Source: Candidatus Olsenella pullistercoris (GTDB lineage Bacteria; Actinomycetota; Coriobacteriia; Coriobacteriales; Atopobiaceae). From it: a stretch of 64,000 bases of DNA. Location of the stretch: positions 8,386-72,385 of the forward strand of contig DXBM01000036.1 of assembly GCA_019116525.1 (NCBI GenBank), read 5' to 3'. Below are positions 59,157 to 64,000 of this stretch, in pieces (position 1 is the stretch's first letter; each line of letters begins with the position of its first letter). The notes under the pieces were generated by a model. The model was not told where the DNA came from and did not search any database. It saw nothing but the letters and a program-made list of their open reading frames with translations. A program made the translations under genes and the position numbers.

Positions 59157-60377
59157 ATGGCAGAGATGCTCTCCCTCGAGGCGTTCGAGGAGGCCTCGGA
59201 GAAGGTCCGCGAGGTCACGCTCGAGACCAAGCTCGTGGAGAGCCCGCACTTCTCGGCGAGCACGGGCAACCGCGTGTGGCTCAAGCCCGAGAACCTGCAG
59301 CGCACCGGCGCCTACAAGGTTCGCGGCGCCTACTACAAGATCTCCACCCTCTCGCCCGAGGAGCTCTCCCGCGGCATCATCACCGCGAGCGCGGGCAACC
59401 ACGCCCAGGGAGTGGCCTTTGCCGCCACGCGCGCCGGCGCCCGCTCGGTCGTGGTGATGCCCGAGACCACGCCGCTCATCAAAGTGGAGCGCACCAAGCA
59501 CTATGGCGCCGAGGTCGTGCTCCACGGCGACGTCTACGACGAGGCGTGCGACCACGCCCTCGAGCTCGCCGAGCGCGAGGGCTACACCTTCATCCACCCC
59601 TTCAACGACCCCGTGGTCTCCACCGGCCAGGGCACCATTGCCATGGAGGTCGTCTCCGAGCTGCCGCTCGTTGACACGATCCTCGTCCCCGTGGGGGGCG
59701 GCGGCCTGGCCTGCGGCGTGGCGACCTTCGCCAAGCTCTACAACCCCAAGATCCGCGTCGTGGGCGTGGAGCCGGCGGGCGCGCCCTCGCTCACGGCGGC
59801 GCTCGAGGCGGGCCACCCCATGCGGCTGCCGAGCGCCAACACCATCGCCGACGGCACCGCGGTGCTCGAGGTGGGCGACAAGGTCTTCCCGTACCTGCGC
59901 GACAACCTCGACGACGTCATGACCGTCCCCGACGACGAGCTCGTGGTGGCCTTCCTCGACATGGTCGAGAACCACAAGATGATCGTGGAGAACTCCGGCC
60001 TGCTCACGGTGGCGGCCCTCAAGCACCTGCCCGCCGAGAACAAGCGCGTGGTCTCGATCCTCTCCGGCGGCAACATGGACGTCATCACGATGAGCTCCGT
60101 CGTGCAGCACGGTCTCATCATGCGCGACCGCATCTTCACCGTGAGCGTGCTGCTCCCCGACCGACCGGGCATGCTCGTCAAGGTGGCGAGCTCGATCGCC
60201 GAGCAGAACGGCAACGTCATCAAGCTCGAGCACAACCAGTTCGTCTCCACCAACCGCAACGCCGCCGTGGAGCTTCGCGTCACGATCGAGGCCTTTGGCC
60301 CCGACCACAAGGGGCAGATCGTGAGCGCGCTCGAGGCGGCGGGCTTCTCGCCCACCCTCGTCCAAACCTCGCTGTGA
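59157..60377 (+). CDS. ilvA: Threonine ammonia-lyase with ACT domain
   Basis: KPENLQRTGAYKVRGA, SAGNHAQG, VGGGGL, SGGNMD, LPDRPG. Confidence 0.93.
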   Translation: MAEMLSLEAFEEASEKVREVTLETKLVESPHFSASTGNRVWLKPENLQRTGAYKVRGAYYKISTLSPEELSRGIITASAGNHAQGVAFAATRAGARSVVVMPETTPLIKVERTKHYGAEVVLHGDVYDEACDHALELAEREGYTFIHPFNDPVVSTGQGTIAMEVVSELPLVDTILVPVGGGGLACGVATFAKLYNPKIRVVGVEPAGAPSLTAALEAGHPMRLPSANTIADGTAVLEVGDKVFPYLRDNLDDVMTVPDDELVVAFLDMVENHKMIVENSGLLTVAALKHLPAENKRVVSILSGGNMDVITMSSVVQHGLIMRDRIFTVSVLLPDRPGMLVKVASSIAEQNGNVIKLEHNQFVSTNRNAAVELRVTIEAFGPDHKGQIVSALEAAGFSPTLVQTSL

Positions 60378-60403
60378 GACAAAGGGACAGTCCCTTTGTC
60401 TCA
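60375..60403. repeat. Perfect 29-bp palindrome TGAGACAAAGGGAC A GTCCCTTTGTCTCA (REP-like family B)
   Basis: 14-bp perfect arms; includes the ilvA stop codon. Confidence 0.9.
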
Positions 60404-60424
60404 TTCACGAACGGAGGCGCCCTC

Positions 60425-60826
60425 GTGAACACCGCACACCTCGACGCGCTGCCCGAGACGCGCGCGAACTTTGCCCTCGACCTGGCAGACGGCGAGAAGG
60501 TCGTCTTTGCCGCGCAGCTTGCCTGCTTCGGAACGGAGCAGGACGCCTTTCTCGGCGGGCACCAGTCGAGGCTCTGCCTCACGAACCGTCGTCTCGTTGC
60601 CAACAACACCGTGGGCCTCTGGACCGTGAGCCTCGCGGACGACGTTGCCGGCTGCGCGCTCGTGGAGCGCGGCGTGCCCTTCCTCAAGTCCGCCGTCGTG
60701 CGCGTGGACCTGAACGAGGAGCTCGTCTACGGCGAGGGCACAGACGGGCAGGGGGTGCTCCGCGGCTTCCGCTTCTACCTCAAGCCAAAGGATGGCGAAC
60801 GCCTGGCTGCGCTCCTGCGCGGATAA
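60425..60826 (+). CDS. Hypothetical protein, possibly bacterial PH-like
   Basis: GGAGG RBS, GTG start; LADGEKV...RLCLTNRRLV pattern. Confidence 0.7.
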   Translation: MNTAHLDALPETRANFALDLADGEKVVFAAQLACFGTEQDAFLGGHQSRLCLTNRRLVANNTVGLWTVSLADDVAGCALVERGVPFLKSAVVRVDLNEELVYGEGTDGQGVLRGFRFYLKPKDGERLAALLRG

Positions 60827-60865
60827 GGTCGCGGGCATCGGCTGACTGATCTTTGGGGAGGGCCC

Positions 60866-61246
60866 ATGGGACTGCTTTCCGGCCTGTTCGGACGTGGCAG
60901 CGAGAAGACCTACCGCTGGAAGCCGCTGCGCTGCATGCCAGGCGACATCGTCGACCTCATGCGAGAGTGCGAGCGCATCGACGCGCCCATCGTGGGCCTC
61001 GAGGTGGAGCTTGACGACGTGCGCCAACGCGTGGGCATGTCCTCGGACTACGAGCGGGACCGCGGATTCTTTGACACCGTCTGGTACGTGGACGACGACG
61101 AGTACCCGAGCCTCGACGCCTTTCTCGCCAACGCCACCTTGGGCGGGAGGCGCTTCTCCGACATTGCAGAGCCAGTGCTGGTCATTCGCGACCTCGAGCT
61201 CGGTGACCCGCGCGGCAACGTCCTTCTCGCGCAGCGCGAACTGTGA
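60866..61246 (+). CDS. Hypothetical protein (126 aa)
   Basis: MGLLSGLFG start; GGGAGG RBS. Confidence 0.75.
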   Translation: MGLLSGLFGRGSEKTYRWKPLRCMPGDIVDLMRECERIDAPIVGLEVELDDVRQRVGMSSDYERDRGFFDTVWYVDDDEYPSLDAFLANATLGGRRFSDIAEPVLVIRDLELGDPRGNVLLAQREL

Positions 61247-61247
61247 A

Positions 61248-61276
61248 TGTTACAAAGGGACTGTCCCTTTGTAACA
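61248..61276. repeat. Perfect 29-bp palindrome TGTTACAAAGGGAC T GTCCCTTTGTAACA (REP-like family B)
   Basis: 14-bp perfect arms, 1 nt after a stop codon. Confidence 0.9.
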
Positions 61277-61369
61277 CCCTTTGTCACGCCGCTCGCGGGC
61301 GAAACACGACCGCTCACGAGCGATTACCCGACGGAAACACGGGCCGCGTAGAGTGCATCCTACGAGCAA

Positions 61370-61610
61370 ATGCGATGACAGGGCCAGTACGGGCCGCATC
61401 CGTCACACAGCGAGCGGGCAGCGTGAGAACCCGCGTCGGACGGCCCCGAAGACTCCCTCGAGCAGCTCGCGAGAACCTCCGCGCAGCCGCCGGGCCAACC
61501 CCGACGCCTCGCCGAGAAGTACCGCGCGCCGGCGGCCACCGTAACGGCTTCGAGGTTCCAAGCCTCGCATTTCTCGCCAGACACACAGACGCGCGAGAGA
61601 AAGCGAGGAG
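61370..61610 (+). promoter_or_regulatory. T-box-like leader of ilvD-ilvB
   Basis: Stem I hallmarks (GCGATGA, AGTA, CAGCGAG, GTGAGA, GAA specifier loop), CCGTAA motif, and a hairpin covering the Shine-Dalgarno; no canonical UGGN bulge found. Confidence 0.55.
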
Positions 61611-61614
61611 AAGC

Positions 61615-63279
61615 GTGGAACTCAGAAGCGACGCCATCAAGCGGGGCCTGGCGCGCGCGCCGCACCGCAGCCTTCTGGCGGCAGACGGCCTCACCGACGA
61701 GGAGCTGGACCGCCCGCTCGTGGCCGTGGTCTCCGCCCAGAACGAGGTCATCCCCGGGCACCTCCACCTCCAGCAGATCGCTGACGCCGTCAAGGCCGGC
61801 GTGCGCATGGCAGGCGGCACCCCGCTGCAGGTCAACACCATCGGCGTGTGCGACGGCATCGCCATGAACCACGAGGGCATGCACTACAGCCTCACTTCCC
61901 GCGAAGTCATCGCGGACTCCGTGGAATGCGCGATCCAGGGCCACCAGTTCGACGCCATGGTGCTCATCCCCTCCTGCGACAAGATCGTCCCCGGCATGCT
62001 CATCGCCGCGGCGCGCCTCGACATCCCCACCGTCCTCGTCTCCGGCGGCCCCATGCTCGCCGGGCGCGGGCGCGACGGCTCGCAGACCGACCTCAACAGC
62101 CTCTTTGACGCCGTGGGCCAGGTCACGGCCGGCACGATGACCGAGGAGGAGTGCAGCTGGCTCGAGAAGACGGCATGCCCCACCTGCGGCTCGTGCTCCG
62201 GGATGTTCACCGCCAACTCCATCTGCTGCCTCGCCGAGGCGCTCGGCATCGCGCTTCCCGGCAACGGCACCGTGCCCGCCGTCTACTCCGAGCGCATCCG
62301 CCTCGCCAAGCAGGCCGGCATGAAGGTCATGGAGCTCGTCGAGAAGAACGTCACGGCCCGCCAGATCCTCACTCCTGCCGCCATCCACAACGGCATGGTG
62401 CTCGACATGGCCTTCGGCGGTTCCACCAACACGATGCTCCACCTCACCGCCATCGCGCAGGCGGCGGGATGCCCCGTCACGATGGAGGACTGGGACCGTG
62501 CCAGTGCCGAGACCCCAAACATCGTGCGCATCGCGCCGGCAGGGCCGCTCCACATCCAGGACCTGAACGACGTGGGCGGCGTCTCCGCCATCATCGGCGA
62601 GCTCGGCCGCACGGGGCACCTCGCGATGGACGCCCTCACCTGCCACGGCACCATGGCCGAGTGGGTCGCGACGTGCCCGCCCGTGGACGGCGAGGTCGTC
62701 CGCAGCGTGGACAACGCCTACTCCCCCGACGGCGGGCTCAAGGTCATGCGCGGCAACCTCGCGCCGGACTGCGGCGTCGTCAAGAAGAGCGCCGTTGCCC
62801 CCGAGATGTGGCAGCACTCGGGCCCCGCGCGCGTGTTCGACTCCGAGGAGGAGGCCTGCAAGGCCATCTTCGGCGGAGAGATCCGTCCCGGCGACGTCGT
62901 GGTCATCCGCTACGAGGGGCCTGCCGGCGGCCCGGGAATGCGCGAGATGCTGACCCCCACCTCCGCCATCTGCGGCATGGGCCTCGCGAGCTCGGTGGCC
63001 CTCATCACCGACGGGCGCTTCTCCGGCGCCTCCAAGGGCCCGTGCATCGGCCACGTCTCGCCCGAGGCGGCAGCCGGCGGCCCGATCGCGCTCGTCGAGG
63101 AGGGCGACACGATCTCCATCGACATCCAGGCGGGCACGCTCACGCTCGAGGTGGACGACGAGGAGCTCGCCCGCAGGCGCGCCGCCTGGGAGCCGCCGGC
63201 ACCCAAGTACACCACGGGAGTCCTCTCCCGCTACGCAAAGCTGGTCACGAGCGCAGACAAGGGGGCGTACCTCTCATGA
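61615..63279 (+). CDS. ilvD: Dihydroxy-acid dehydratase
   Basis: [41 protein letters not shown]; GTG start after GAGGAG. Confidence 0.96.
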   Translation: MELRSDAIKRGLARAPHRSLLAADGLTDEELDRPLVAVVSAQNEVIPGHLHLQQIADAVKAGVRMAGGTPLQVNTIGVCDGIAMNHEGMHYSLTSREVIADSVECAIQGHQFDAMVLIPSCDKIVPGMLIAAARLDIPTVLVSGGPMLAGRGRDGSQTDLNSLFDAVGQVTAGTMTEEECSWLEKTACPTCGSCSGMFTANSICCLAEALGIALPGNGTVPAVYSERIRLAKQAGMKVMELVEKNVTARQILTPAAIHNGMVLDMAFGGSTNTMLHLTAIAQAAGCPVTMEDWDRASAETPNIVRIAPAGPLHIQDLNDVGGVSAIIGELGRTGHLAMDALTCHGTMAEWVATCPPVDGEVVRSVDNAYSPDGGLKVMRGNLAPDCGVVKKSAVAPEMWQHSGPARVFDSEEEACKAIFGGEIRPGDVVVIRYEGPAGGPGMREMLTPTSAICGMGLASSVALITDGRFSGASKGPCIGHVSPEAAAGGPIALVEEGDTISIDIQAGTLTLEVDDEELARRRAAWEPPAPKYTTGVLSRYAKLVTSADKGAYLS

Positions 63280-64000
63280 TTACCGTTGAGGAGAAGATCG
63301 CCCGGCGGAAGCGCGCCATCGAGGGGCGCCCGTTCGGGCCCGGAAGCAAGACCGAGCACGAGGGCAAGACCATGACCGGGGCGCAGGCCATCATCGCCAG
63401 CCTCGAGGCCGAGGGGGTCGACACCATCTTCGGCTACCCCGGCGGCCAGGCCATCAAGATCTACGACGCGCTCTACGACTCCAAGAAGATCCGTCACGTG
63501 CTCGCCCGGCACGAGCAGGGCGCCACGCACATGGCCGACGGCTACGCGCGCGCCACGGGCAAGGTCGGCGTGGTGCTCGTGACCTCCGGCCCGGGTGCCA
63601 CCAACACCGTCACCGGCATCGCCACGGCCTACATGGACTCTGTGCCGCTCGTCGTCATCACGGGCCAGGTCACGCGTGGCGTCATCGGCACTGACGCCTT
63701 CCAGGAGTCGGACATCGTGGGCATCACGATGCCCATCGTCAAGCACAGCTTCCTGCTGCAGTCCACCGACGACCTCACCCGCACCTTCCGCGAGGCCTTC
63801 TACATCGCCTCCACCGGACGGCCCGGCCCCGTCCTCATCGACATCCCGAGCGACCTCTCGGGCTCCGAGATGGTCTTCCACTATCCCGACAGCGTGAGCC
63901 TGCCGAGCTACCGGCCCACCTACAAGGGCAACGCGAAGCAGGTCAAGCAGGCCGCTCAGCTCATCTCCGAGTCGAGGCGCCCCCTCATCATGGCCGGAGG
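63276..64000 (+). CDS. ilvB: Acetolactate synthase large subunit (partial)
   Basis: [39 protein letters not shown]; ATGA overlap with ilvD. Confidence 0.95.
   Translation, partial: MITVEEKIARRKRAIEGRPFGPGSKTEHEGKTMTGAQAIIASLEAEGVDTIFGYPGGQAIKIYDALYDSKKIRHVLARHEQGATHMADGYARATGKVGVVLVTSGPGATNTVTGIATAYMDSVPLVVITGQVTRGVIGTDAFQESDIVGITMPIVKHSFLLQSTDDLTRTFREAFYIASTGRPGPVLIDIPSDLSGSEMVFHYPDSVSLPSYRPTYKGNAKQVKQAAQLISESRRPLIMAG

Overview
High-GC actinobacterial chromosome window; the gene set and style suggest Coriobacteriia (Olsenella/Thermophilibacter-like), which is an inference. The left half (1-~31.3 kb) is an accessory/defence island, almost all on the minus strand. It holds a Druantia type III-like pair (1082-aa partner with an alpha-CTD-like N-terminus plus a 1628-aa DEAH/DUF1998 helicase) and a four-gene type III R-M locus (SNF2 helicase, DUF4391, mod with an AT-rich swapped TRD, res). 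It also holds a decayed IS30, several orphan genes, and two diverged direct copies of a four-gene block (prolyl aminopeptidase, 89-aa protein, DUF4160, 69-aa protein), each directly upstream of a different defence cargo. The right half is housekeeping: asd-lysC-hom / thrC-thrB, livKHMGF, vanZ, rho, argS, pncB, wecA-like, 6S RNA, tRNA-Ala(CGC), ilvA, ilvD, ilvB. The most striking unexplained structure is a 355-aa Vsr/DUF559-like nuclease-fold gene (37733-38800) bracketed by mirror-image repeat clusters. Each cluster has a 57-bp hairpin (20-bp arms starting TTGTGAGCAA, variable 17-nt loop) plus a third half-site offset by exactly 83 bp. A gene-less third cluster sits at the island border (31155-31305). 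At least four other short palindromic repeat types occur in intergenic regions. All protein assignments come from motif recognition by eye; no database searches were run.
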